37,907 nucleotides of DNA from the IMG/VR virus record IMGVR_UViG_3300042196_000209, positions 1 through 37,907 of that record. One strand, written 5' to 3'. Source of the DNA: a virus. Its lineage: Duplodnaviria; Caudoviricetes. The notes beneath the pieces are model-generated. The model saw nothing but the letters and a program-made list of their open reading frames with translations. It did no database searches and was not told where the DNA came from. Position 1 is the stretch's first letter; each line of letters opens with the position of its first letter. A program made the translations under genes and the position numbers. Below, piece after piece: positions 15,757-25,300 of this stretch.

Positions 15757-15785
15757 CTCGCGAGGGCCCCTCATAGGGGTATACT
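15757..15785 (+). promoter_or_regulatory. Putative promoter CTCGCG-N17-TATACT within a palindrome
   Basis: TGAGGGG-ggCTCGCGAGgg-CCCCTCA inverted repeat overlaps the -35. Confidence 0.55.
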
Positions 15786-15817
15786 GGAGGGACCTTGAAT
15801 ATAGGAGCACCGTTCAG

Positions 15818-16249
15818 ATGAAGCCCAGTGTAAGAGAATTGCTGGTCGTCCACAACCTAAGGGCGACCGCGACGGGTCAGAGACCCCTAGTGGGTTGGAA
15901 GTCCGGCAAGGACAAGCTGCTCGCGAGGATCGAGGCCCTGCCGAAGATCAAGACGGACAAGAAGCCGGTCGCGGCAAAGAATGACCTCGCCGACTACGAG
16001 GCCACGATCGCCGCGATCGGCGTCAGCGCACGTGACACGATACAGGTCGCCTCTGAGAAGTTGCTCGAGGCCACTGCCTACGAGCACGACGGCAGAAAGT
16101 GGGGTATCCCATACGACGTCGTCCTGACCGAGATCAGGCGCGTCTTCCCCGACTGCAGGACCACGGTCGCCTGCCTCAGGTGGTACGCAGTCCGCATGAA
16201 CGAGGTCGGCACGAGGCTGCCGAAGCGTAAGAGGAGCTTCAAGCCATGA
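15818..16249 (+). CDS. Basic protein with an HTH-like C-terminal domain related to 5612..5923
   Basis: AGGAG RBS; YDVVLTEIRRVFPDCRTTVACLRWY. Confidence 0.7.
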   Translation: MKPSVRELLVVHNLRATATGQRPLVGWKSGKDKLLARIEALPKIKTDKKPVAAKNDLADYEATIAAIGVSARDTIQVASEKLLEATAYEHDGRKWGIPYDVVLTEIRRVFPDCRTTVACLRWYAVRMNEVGTRLPKRKRSFKP

Positions 16250-16785
16250 GTGAACCACGCGCATGGATCGGGGTCTACACGGACAACGACCGCGTCGACC
16301 TCTACATCGAGCCCGCGGCCATGGCCACGCTCGACCCGTTCGACCGTGGCCCGGCCTGGGTACTGTCGTTCAGCCCGCAGGGCATGGTGTTCGAGATGAC
16401 CCACGCAAACTTTGGGTCGCGGGGGTCGCGCTTCTTCTTCGAGGGGCACCTAGGGCTGTACCGCGCGAACTTCCCTACGGGCGATATCAAGAACGCTCAC
16501 CTACTCGCTCAGCAGTGGCCGCGGGGGGCCACGAAGATGCCGCTGCAGGCCGTCACGGTCGAGCAGGGCGTGCTGATCGGCTCGCAGCCCGAGACGGCCG
16601 ATCCGCCGCGCGACCGCAGCAGCCCCGCCGACGGAGGCGACTGCGCGGCCATCCGCGTGGTGAAGGCGGATCGATCCACGCTCGTGGTCAAGGCGAAGTG
16701 CCTGCGGCAACGTATACTGGAGGACGGCACCTTCCGCGCCGCGGACGTGGAGGCCTTCCTCAGGCTCCTGGGGGTGGCGTCATGA
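16246..16785 (+). CDS. Hypothetical protein
   Basis: ATGA overlaps at both ends. Confidence 0.65.
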   Translation: MSEPRAWIGVYTDNDRVDLYIEPAAMATLDPFDRGPAWVLSFSPQGMVFEMTHANFGSRGSRFFFEGHLGLYRANFPTGDIKNAHLLAQQWPRGATKMPLQAVTVEQGVLIGSQPETADPPRDRSSPADGGDCAAIRVVKADRSTLVVKAKCLRQRILEDGTFRAADVEAFLRLLGVAS

Positions 16786-17375
16786 TGGGCCTGGCCCCGT
16801 CCCTACGACTGCCGTCATTGGCAGAGCTCGCGTCGAGCTGTCACGAGCCGCGCGTTCACCCGAATGGGTTCATCCAGCTGGACATGTCTGAGCTGCAGAG
16901 GATCCATGTCTGGCACCCAAGGCTGCCGTACCGTCAGCGGACCTACCACCCCGTCCACGACCACGCCTTCGCCTTCACCAGCATGGTGCACAGCGGTCGG
17001 CTGGTGAACGTGCAGTACGATATAGCATCGGACGACCTACGAGGCGCACACTATGTAGCGGAGGCCGAGGGCATCGGCCCCAGCGAGAGCGTGCTGAGGC
17101 CGGTCGAGCCCGGGCGCTTCTATAAGTTGTCGGCGCGAAGTCCGGCCGCCATCGTGCAGCCCGGCGAGAGGTACCACATGGACGCCGGAGTGCTGCACGA
17201 GACGCTCTCCAACGAGCCGACGCTGACGGTCATGCGCAAGGACTACCCAGGGACCCCCCTGTGGAAGCCCAGGGTCATGGTGCCACGTGGCGTGGCTCCG
17301 GACAACGAGTTTCGCAGGTCGGACGTCGACACGGACCTGCTCTGGGAGCTCATAGCGGAGGCCCACCCGTCATGA
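16782..17375 (+). CDS. Cupin-fold metalloprotein
   Basis: HPNGF...HVW...VHDHAFAFTSMVHSG...YHMDAGVLHE (HxH...H). Confidence 0.7.
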   Translation: MMGLAPSLRLPSLAELASSCHEPRVHPNGFIQLDMSELQRIHVWHPRLPYRQRTYHPVHDHAFAFTSMVHSGRLVNVQYDIASDDLRGAHYVAEAEGIGPSESVLRPVEPGRFYKLSARSPAAIVQPGERYHMDAGVLHETLSNEPTLTVMRKDYPGTPLWKPRVMVPRGVAPDNEFRRSDVDTDLLWELIAEAHPS

Positions 17376-17551
17376 GGGATTGGATCGTACCCTACATCCT
17401 CGCGGGAGTGGCCATGGCCGAGTGGTGCGACCACTCCCTGAGACGGAACGGTCCGGTGCGTGGCGGGATGTACCTGATGTGCGCAGTGGCGTGGCCGGGC
17501 ATCGCGCTGTTCCTGGCATGGTTCATGTGGACCAACAGGCGGAGGGGCTGA
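17372..17551 (+). CDS. Small membrane protein
   Basis: Two hydrophobic segments; ATGA coupling. Confidence 0.55.
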   Translation: MRDWIVPYILAGVAMAEWCDHSLRRNGPVRGGMYLMCAVAWPGIALFLAWFMWTNRRRG

Positions 17552-17703
17552 TGTGCAGGCTCTGCGGCTATGACCTGACGCACTGCTCATCCTGCGGTGA
17601 GCTGTGCGAGGAACTCGACGACGAGGACATATGCAGAGCCTGCCTCGACGAGGCGGAGCACGAGCGCCAGCTCAGGAGCGACTACAGCAGGAGCGTACTA
17701 TGA
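17551..17703 (+). CDS. Small Cys-rich zinc-finger protein
   Basis: CRLC...CSSC...CRAC. Confidence 0.55.
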   Translation: MCRLCGYDLTHCSSCGELCEELDDEDICRACLDEAEHERQLRSDYSRSVL

Positions 17704-18152
17704 ACGAGGCCGCCTTAGCCATCATGCTGGCCCTGTTCGGCGCCGACCGGGCCGTGGACCAGGCCCAACTTTTCTGCCTGGCCCAGAACGTCTGGTTCGA
17801 GGAGGAGCACTCCGACCCTGGGGACAGACTGGCGATAGCACACGTAGTCCTGAACCGCGTGGCCGACAGGAGGTTCCCCGACGACGTCTGCTCCGTGGTG
17901 TGGCAGAGGTACCAGTTCTCCTGGACACACGACGGCAAGCCCGATCGCGTGCTACCGGTGATCCGCAGGGACTACGTGGGCGCTTGGGTGGAGGTGGTCA
18001 AGGCCTCTTATGACGCGCTGACCGGCAGGACCGTCGACCCGACCGACGGGGCCACGCACTACCACGCATCGTACGTCAGACCCTACTGGGCCGGTGTAAT
18101 GACGCCGACCCAGGTCACATTCGGGCACGTGTTCTATAGGAGGGATAGATGA
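17700..18152 (+). CDS. SleB-like cell wall hydrolase (Hydrolase_2)
   Basis: CLAQNVWFE...VVLNRV...FPDDVCSVV.Q..QFSW...DPTDGATHYH...PYW. Confidence 0.9.
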   Translation: MNEAALAIMLALFGADRAVDQAQLFCLAQNVWFEEEHSDPGDRLAIAHVVLNRVADRRFPDDVCSVVWQRYQFSWTHDGKPDRVLPVIRRDYVGAWVEVVKASYDALTGRTVDPTDGATHYHASYVRPYWAGVMTPTQVTFGHVFYRRDR

Positions 18153-18247
18153 ACTGGTTCAACGAGCGGCCCGTGCTTACCGCGACCCTGATGTCCGCCC
18201 TGCTCTGGGCCCTGATCCTCGGCTGGGGCTTGTACCTGATATCCTAG
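18149..18247 (+). CDS. 32-aa single-pass membrane peptide
   Basis: ATGA coupling; AGGAGG upstream; MNWFNERPVLTATLMSALLWALILGWGLYLIS. Confidence 0.5.
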   Translation: MNWFNERPVLTATLMSALLWALILGWGLYLIS

Positions 18248-19881
18248 GCCCAGGCCTTGCCCGCCCACACGGTAACCAGCGTGCGCTTGCCGCTTGGGTA
18301 GGTCAACGTGAACGTTTGCGACCAGCTCCCCGGGCCCGTGTTGAACTCCAGGTCCAGCAGCGAGGACGTGCCGGCCACGTAGCACCCGTGCCTGATCTCG
18401 GCGGAGTGCTTGTCACCGATGTTAGTCTTGCGGCCCAACCTGGACAGCCCGCGAGGTGTACCGCGGGCACCGTTCGGGCCCTCGTCCCCGTGCATGCCAC
18501 ACTCGAGGCCGCCCGACTTGTCTCGGCAGATGATGAAGCTCTCGTCCTGTCGAAGGAATGTGACCTCCTCGCGGACGCCTGCGAGCCGCATCACGTGCTC
18601 TACCAGGTGGAAGTCCTCGTCTCCGCGCTCCATCGCCTCGTACAGCGCCAGGGCCGTACGGAGGTAGAAGACGGCGTTCACGTTGTCGTCCTTGTGGCTT
18701 GCCTCGTCGATCCACCGTGTAAGGTGGCGGTCGTGGTTGCTGTCGACCACGACGGTCTCGCACCACTCACGGAAGCTCTCTATGGACAGGAAGTGAGCCG
18801 TGCCGGCGACCTCATTCATCATGCTGTTCCGCCCCTGGGCGAAGCGCTTGAACCTCTTAAGCGGGGACTTAAGGTCGTGGTGGCTTATGCCACACGAGAC
18901 CGCCAGGGTGTCGTGCATGAACTGGTACTTCGGACGGAGCGTGTCAAGTACGCCCCCCTTGCCCCAGGCGATCTGCCGCACCTCCGGGTCGAGCTGCTCC
19001 TCGTGTATGTCGCCCCAGGTAATACCCTCTGCGCTGTGGCCGTCGGTTACCCGCCCGAGCTGTGCGTAGAGGGTCAGGTCCTGGATGCCCTCATCGCCGT
19101 CCGCGTTCAGCTGCCGGACCCACCAGGCGCCGTTTTGGTCGACCTCCACGATCGAGGCCCCGTACACGTGGTGGAACTCGGCCTTGAGGCCGGCCTTCTT
19201 CTGGATGTAGTTCCGGAGGGTGACCGTGCCTGTGGTGTAGTTGAACTTCGTGGGCTCATACTTGGCGGATGCGATAGACCTCATCTCGATCTTGACGTGC
19301 GGGAAGATACCCGACTTGCGGCCGCTGTACGTCTCCAGGCCGCTGAGCGGGTCCTCCGCGGTGGGCAGGATGTTCATCTCGCCGCACCAGACCAGGCCCG
19401 GGGCCAGCTCGACGCGACGGTCCACGATGAACGGCTCGAGCTCCGGGTCGTACCAGTCGAGGGCGTTCTCCGCGGCGTTGTTCAGGGTGCCGCGCTTGAC
19501 CGACTTACGGCCGTAGGCGGACTTGTTGTAGCTGAAGGTCCCGACCATCACCTCGGCGTCGTAGTGGTGCGACAGGGCGAGCAGGTTCTGCCAGACGCCG
19601 ACGTTTATGTGGGTGTTGTTCTGCGCGCAGGTCAGGATGTACCGACGGACCCGGCCCTTCTTAGGGAGCGGTCTCACCTCGGCCTCGATGCCGTGCACCC
19701 TCCCGCCCGCGACCTTTCCCAGGCGGACGCCCAGGCGCTTCTCGGCCGCGACCAGTCTGTTGGCGAAGGTCTTCCGCGGAATGCCCAGGGCCTTGGCGGC
19801 GTCGGACTTCACCCCGCCGTGCTTCTCGTATGCGGCCACGGCCTCGCGGAGCTGCTCCTCCGCATGGGGCTTTTGTGACAT
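18244..19881 (-). CDS. Calcineurin-like metallophosphoesterase with N-terminal Fis-type HTH
   Basis: KSDAAKALGIPRKTF; GDIH, HD, SNHD, MHGD, GDKHS motifs. Confidence 0.75.
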   Translation of the reverse strand: MSQKPHAEEQLREAVAAYEKHGGVKSDAAKALGIPRKTFANRLVAAEKRLGVRLGKVAGGRVHGIEAEVRPLPKKGRVRRYILTCAQNNTHINVGVWQNLLALSHHYDAEVMVGTFSYNKSAYGRKSVKRGTLNNAAENALDWYDPELEPFIVDRRVELAPGLVWCGEMNILPTAEDPLSGLETYSGRKSGIFPHVKIEMRSIASAKYEPTKFNYTTGTVTLRNYIQKKAGLKAEFHHVYGASIVEVDQNGAWWVRQLNADGDEGIQDLTLYAQLGRVTDGHSAEGITWGDIHEEQLDPEVRQIAWGKGGVLDTLRPKYQFMHDTLAVSCGISHHDLKSPLKRFKRFAQGRNSMMNEVAGTAHFLSIESFREWCETVVVDSNHDRHLTRWIDEASHKDDNVNAVFYLRTALALYEAMERGDEDFHLVEHVMRLAGVREEVTFLRQDESFIICRDKSGGLECGMHGDEGPNGARGTPRGLSRLGRKTNIGDKHSAEIRHGCYVAGTSSLLDLEFNTGPGSWSQTFTLTYPSGKRTLVTVWAGKAWA

Positions 19882-19892
19882 TCAGTGTCTCC

Positions 19893-20210
19893 CTATTTGA
19901 TGCCGAACTTGGCTCCGACGCCCATGTACACGAGGACGCCCAGGCCGAGTATAGCCATACCGATCCCTACCAGTACGCCCTTGCTCTCCACCGCGTTCAT
20001 GGTCACGCGCCAGCGGCGCAGGTGCAGCAGGTCGGCCTGGACCTCCGGGTCCTCGATCAGGACCCGCAGCTCGCGCAGCGTGGCGAAGTCCTTCTGTATC
20101 TCGATAGGGTGCTGGTGGTCTACGCCGAGCCGGGTGAGCGTTTCGGAGACGGTCTTCTTCGCTGTCTCCTCGGCGACCTGCTGCATCATCAGCCTGCTCT
20201 CCGCGTCCAT
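19893..20210 (-). CDS. Membrane protein with C-terminal TM helix (holin/antiholin-like)
   Basis: C-terminal hydrophobic helix; lysis-cassette position. Confidence 0.6.
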   Translation of the reverse strand: MDAESRLMMQQVAEETAKKTVSETLTRLGVDHQHPIEIQKDFATLRELRVLIEDPEVQADLLHLRRWRVTMNAVESKGVLVGIGMAILGLGVLVYMGVGAKFGIK

Positions 20211-20215
20211 GTGTC

Positions 20216-20518
20216 TCACCTCGCCCCGGGTCGCGCCAGCTGGGCGCGGTAGTAGTCGAGCCGCCACTGGGCCTCCGTCACCCAGCGCATTACCTCGGCC
20301 ATGGTGCGTGACAGGGACTCGTAGTCCTTGACCGACAGGCCGTAGCGGACGACCCCGTCCTCATCGGGCGGTAGGACCTTCCACTTGAACGGCGACGGCC
20401 TAATCGGCGTCGGGTCGGGCAGCGGCTGCGTCGTCGGCAGGTCGACCCTCAGCTGCGCAGTCTGCACCTCCACCGGTCGCACACTCGAGCACGCGGAGAG
20501 CAGAAGCAGTGCCGCCAT
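20216..20518 (-). CDS. o-spanin (Rz1-like lipoprotein)
   Basis: Lipobox LLLLSAC; Pro-rich; overlaps the 3' end of the i-spanin in another frame. Confidence 0.75.
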   Translation of the reverse strand: MAALLLLSACSSVRPVEVQTAQLRVDLPTTQPLPDPTPIRPSPFKWKVLPPDEDGVVRYGLSVKDYESLSRTMAEVMRWVTEAQWRLDYYRAQLARPGAR

Positions 20519-20879
20519 TGATACGGCGCTCAATGAGACCGGGCCTCGCGATCGACAGGGCCTCGAGGTCGTGCTTGGCGAATACGTCATTCAGCCTCCT
20601 CATCTGGGCGGACGCGCTCTGTTGCGCCAGGGCCATCTCGCCCAGGGACTTACCCAGCTCTGCGGCGCTCTCGCGCCAGGCGGCTATCGCGTCTGTCGCG
20701 GCCTCGGTGGCCGCGCGCTGCGTCGCCAGCGCCTGCGTCAGCACCGCCTCGTTCACGCGCAGGCGTGCGTTGTCCTCAAGCAGACCCTTGTAGTGAGCGT
20801 AGCCCAGGCCAATTATACTCACGACCGCCAGCGCCGCGATACCATAAAGCGCCAGCCTGGCCCCTCCGAACCCGAGCAT
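20400..20879 (-). CDS. i-spanin (Rz-like)
   Basis: N-terminal TM helix followed by an Ala-rich coiled coil. Confidence 0.75.
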   Translation of the reverse strand: MLGFGGARLALYGIAALAVVSIIGLGYAHYKGLLEDNARLRVNEAVLTQALATQRAATEAATDAIAAWRESAAELGKSLGEMALAQQSASAQMRRLNDVFAKHDLEALSIARPGLIERRINGGTASALRVLECATGGGADCAAEGRPADDAAAARPDAD

Positions 20880-20881
20880 GC

Positions 20882-21136
20882 TCAGTCCTCCTTCCTCTTC
20901 GCCACCCTCTCGTACACGGATACCCCGAGGTACCCGAGCACGACGGTCGTGAACGCGGTCAGCAAGCCGTTGAGAACACTAGAGGAGACGTCGATAGCAT
21001 CCGCTATGTCCGTCCTCTCCGGGCTCAGGACCACGCCGTACAGTATGGCCACGGCCGTCCCCACCATAAGCGAGAAGCTTACCCATGCCATCCGCCTCCT
21101 GGCCTGCCTCCTGCGCCTGTCCAGGTCGTCGCTCAA
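20882..21136 (-). CDS. Holin (two TM helices)
   Basis: TTG start in a TTGA overlap with the endolysin stop; RRRMAW-TM1...TM2-basic tail. Confidence 0.7.
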   Translation of the reverse strand: MSDDLDRRRRQARRRMAWVSFSLMVGTAVAILYGVVLSPERTDIADAIDVSSSVLNGLLTAFTTVVLGYLGVSVYERVAKRKED

Positions 21137-21600
21137 GGCGTCAAACCCTCCCTGTACTCTGTGTCCTCGCCGGGGTGCCCTATGGCTGTGAGGCACTGCC
21201 GCCGGTTTGCCCCGGCTCGGTAGGAGCAGTGCACCCAGCCGGAGCTCGGGTCCCCCGGCGTGTAGAACTCCAGGATTAGCTGGTCGAAGTGCAGGCCGCT
21301 GTCGCGTATCCACTCCGCGAGCTCCAGGTTGCTCACGCCGACGACCTCGAAGTCCGCCGCCTCGCCGCGCCTGTGGGCGCTGTTCCTGGACCCGCCCGCC
21401 CTGCGGTTCACCTCGTTGGAGCGGAAGCCGCTGCTCGGCGTGAACGGGCCGAAGCGCGAGCGGACGGGCTCCAGCACGTTCGCGCACAGCATGCACAGTG
21501 CGTCGACCTGCTCACGGTTCGGTGTGTTGTCCAGGCCGAGACGCGACGCGGTCTGGCTCCTAGTCAGTTCCCGCAGTGTGAAGTGCTCGCTCAGTCTCAC
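21133..21600 (-). CDS. Endolysin, peptidase M15 family
   Basis: LSEHFTLRELTRS...SSGFRS..VN..AGGS..SAH..GEAADF...WVH. Confidence 0.88.
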   Translation of the reverse strand: MRLSEHFTLRELTRSQTASRLGLDNTPNREQVDALCMLCANVLEPVRSRFGPFTPSSGFRSNEVNRRAGGSRNSAHRRGEAADFEVVGVSNLELAEWIRDSGLHFDQLILEFYTPGDPSSGWVHCSYRAGANRRQCLTAIGHPGEDTEYREGLTP

Positions 21601-21603
21601 GGC

Positions 21604-22332
21604 TCAGGCTCCGTTCCCGGCGATCTCTGAGTAGGTCACCGTCCAGTCGATCGTCTTGGCCGCCTCGCCCGTCACCACGATCTCCCAGACGTCCGTGGTG
21701 TCGTTCGCGACCAGGGTCGCGTCCCATGTCGCGGCGCCGGCGTCAGCGACCTCCGTCACGTCCGGGGTCGGGGCCGACGACGTGCCGCCCTCGTTACGCG
21801 CGCCGCCGAAAATCCTGAAGTGGTACGTGTCCCCGGTGGCGTCCTCGTAGCCGTGGCCCACGGCCGTGACCGTGTGGACGCTGTCGGCGGCCATGGGGCG
21901 CGAGGCTATCACCGTCGGCGTCGCGTCCGTCGTCTGCACTTCCGCGACTATAAGCCCGTCTGTCCGCTTGAGGTCGTTCGTCGCGCCGTTGGTGGACAGC
22001 TCGCGCACTGAGCCGGCGGGCAGGATCGAGGAGGTCGTGCCGTGGACGACCGTCAGTGGGGCCGTGCCGGCGGAGTTGTCCACGACAAAAGAACCGCGCG
22101 AGATGCTGGGCCCGGTCGGCAGCGTGAGCGATCGCGGTACGGACAGGCTCGAGGCGACGAACCGGTGGTTCTCGCGGAACTGCGCGGCCGTGAGCGTGAT
22201 GTCGCCGGACGTGAAGTCCAGCGCGAGCGAGGCGGTGATCGCGGCGTCCAGGTCGCCGGTCGCCTCGTTGATCGTCACCGTCTTCTGGTTCTGCGCGGCG
22301 GTGACCTGGGCTACGCCTAGATTGTTCGTCAT
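21604..22332 (-). CDS. Tail fibre / tail-associated protein
   Basis: Q..K..TINEA N-terminus; beta-rich; follows the central fibre gene. Confidence 0.6.
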   Translation of the reverse strand: MTNNLGVAQVTAAQNQKTVTINEATGDLDAAITASLALDFTSGDITLTAAQFRENHRFVASSLSVPRSLTLPTGPSISRGSFVVDNSAGTAPLTVVHGTTSSILPAGSVRELSTNGATNDLKRTDGLIVAEVQTTDATPTVIASRPMAADSVHTVTAVGHGYEDATGDTYHFRIFGGARNEGGTSSAPTPDVTEVADAGAATWDATLVANDTTDVWEIVVTGEAAKTIDWTVTYSEIAGNGA

Positions 22333-22341
22333 GTCCGGCTC

Positions 22342-25300
22342 CTATACCCTGGGGAACGGTCCCGCGGGCGGCGTGAAGTTCCCACTGTACCTGCCGACGC
22401 CCTTCGTCACGCGTATCTCGTCCTGGGAGCCGTGCATCTCTCGGTTGGCTACGCTCGGGTCGTCGCCTATGACGAGCGAGGCCCCGCTAGCAGTTATATC
22501 ATAGGAGGCGGTGTGGCTGACACCCTCCTGTACGCCGTTCACGAATAGCCTGGTCACGCCGTCCCGGCGGCTGACGGCCAGGTGCCTCCAGCCGCCACCC
22601 AGTACGTTGGTCGTGCCGGTGATGAGCTGCGAGCTCGAGTGGAACCACGCGTACGTCCCGGTTATTAGCAGGAACAGCCTCCACCACCCGGTGCCGGATG
22701 TGCCGCGGGTTATGACCCCGTCGGACCCGAAGCCCGCGGTCGGGTTGACCCACGTCTCCACAGTGAAGTCGTCGGTGCCGAAGTCGAAGTCCGTCAGGGT
22801 GCCGGTCACGTTCACGCGCGCAGTGGTCGCCCCCGACAGCAGGAGGGCGGCGGTGCCGAACTTCTTCACCGCGGTGTCGAGCTCGGCCCCGGGGGTGTCG
22901 AACGTGAGGGTGTGCGCGCTCGCGCTGTCGTCCGTGGAGGTCGTGGCGCCGTCCGCTCCGTCGAGGGCGAGCAGCAGGACCGTGAAGGCCAGGAACGGGT
23001 CGACGCCCACGAGCTCGAAGAGCTGACGCGTGTAGCGTCCCCGGCCGACGGTCGCGCTGACCTGGTAAATCTGGGCCTCTACGGTCGGCACGACGGATGC
23101 CGACAGCCCGGTCGCGGTGTTGTACTCCGCGGTCGTCAGTGTCGTGGCCGGCGAGGTGAGCCCGGTCCTGGTCAGGAATGGGACGGACGCCCCGACCTCG
23201 AAGAAGTCCACGTCGTACAGCTCCGCCTGCTCGTTGAGCGGGACCGTGTCGGTGCCGTCCAGTAGCTCGCCGTTGAAGCGCGTCCTGCGGACCCAGGTCA
23301 GTGCGAGGTCGCCCCCGGGCCTGGTGGCCACTACCTGCGCGACCGAGTAGGGCATGAGGTCCTGGCCGGTGTACGCAAAGCTGGTCGTCGGCGCGTCCTC
23401 GAGGAGTGTCCCGAACGTCACCGCGCGGTGCTGCGTGGTGACGTCCAGGAGGTCGAGCGGCAGCTGCATCGCCTCTATCGGCGACACGTCGAGCAGCACC
23501 CACCGCTCCCCGGGCACGTGATCCCTGGAGTTGTCCTCGGTGCCGAGCCGACCGCGGAGCAGTCTCGACAGCCTCACTGTGCCTGGGTCCGTCTGCGTCA
23601 CGTTCACGAACTGTATGATCTCCGGCAGGCCGTCGCCGCGCACGATCGCTATGGCGTTGGCGCCGTTGAGCACCTCCAGGTCCGTGGAGGATGAGAAGTC
23701 GCCTATGCCGCGGACAACCTTCAGGTCTACCATAGAGCTCTCGTCCCAGGTCGTCGTGGTAGACGGGTCCGCCAGCGTGCCTGCCACGGTGCCCCATGTG
23801 GCCTCGACGGATGAGCCGCCGATCTCGTCGAAGCTGGAGGCCCCGTCCCGCGACCGCATCAGCGTAGCCCCGGGCCACGAGTCCTCGTAGGCGGACACCG
23901 CCCAGTAGGCCCGGCTGAACTGCTGCAGGCTCGCGTCCACGGCCCTGAGTAGCGGCAGGTCTAGCAGGTGCAGCTTGGTCGGCAGCGCGGAGGATATGAA
24001 CTGCGCGGGGTGACCGAGGCCGCCGTCCGCGGCCACGGCGCTGACGTTGGACTCGGCGTCCTCCTGGGTGGCCGTGAACTCCGTGTCCAGGTCCGCACCC
24101 AGGTCTATCCTCGAGCCGCGCAGGCGCCGTGTCTCGCCGCGAAAGTTCAGCTCGAACACGTCTGTCGGGTCCAGCCTCATGTACCTCCAGGGGAGCACGC
24201 TCTCGACCGAGACGCGCTCAGACCATGAGGTGTAGAGCCACCTCTGCGCGAGGCGCTTCGCGTCGGGCGCCAGCATTACGATCGGCAGGTCCAACGTTAC
24301 CTCGTTCCGGGAGTACTGGCTGGGCGTGGGCAGGCTGACCCGCTTGTCCGACTGTACGCCGGCCTGGTAGTCCTTGTCCTTGTCCGCGAACCTGACCGAG
24401 AAGCGGCCGGGGAGTTCCACCTCCTGCGCGCGCACCTCTTTTATGACTTCAGAGTTGCCCGCGGTCGACGCCCGGCCGAGGTAGTCCTCGTCAATCGTCA
24501 GCACAGACGCGCCGCCACGTCGGACGAAGCGCATGCGCCAGTCTGTCTCAGCGCCCTCGAACAGGTAGCCGTTTATGAGCGGCTCCAGGGCGGATCGACC
24601 CGAGGCCTGCTTGGTCAGGCTGTAGCCCAGGACAGTCTCCGAGACGAGGTCCGACACGTCGAACAGCGTGTCGTCCAGGCCCGAGCGTCGTGAGATGTCC
24701 GCGACGACGTCGCTGAGCGGCACGCCAAGGCCGACCTTGCGGCCGAGCAGTATGCGCACCACCCTGTTGGAAGCGGGGTTCGTGACGTTGACCCGGGACA
24801 GCAGTATGGAGTGGTTCCGCGGGTCGTAGCCGGCCCGTTGGTAGTTTGCCTCTGCGCCGGGGAAGGGTATCCCCAGGTCTAGTTCGTCGACGACGGCGAG
24901 GTCGTCCGTGCTTATCGTGTACACGACCCCGACCGCCGATCCGCCGCCGGCGCCGTTGCCGAACGCGAACACGCCCGAGGTCGCGTACTGCTCCTGTGAG
25001 CCGAAGCCGAGTGCGAGGTTCCTGGCTAGTACAGCGCCCGTGTCCACGTCCACCTTGACCATGCTGACGGCGTTGGACAGGATGAGCGCGTTCTCTGACG
25101 GTACGTGACACCACCCGCTTAGGTCGCCCGTGCCGGCCCAGTCCGTCCCGCCCTTCAGGTATGTGCCGACCAGGCGCTTCACTGGGTTCGCCGCGGATAG
25201 ACCGAGGGGACCGACGTTGACGCCCGCTGTCACCTCCCAGACGTCGATCTGTGAGTCGTTCTCCTGACCGACGAACAGTCGTCTGTTCACGTGGTCCTGC

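Noticed and set aside
18316-19878. 520-aa + strand ORF and other long antisense ORFs (3663..5684, 885..1940, 30281..31819, 36324..37451)
   Set aside because: Shadow frames of real genes caused by high GC3 codon bias; no motifs or RBS.
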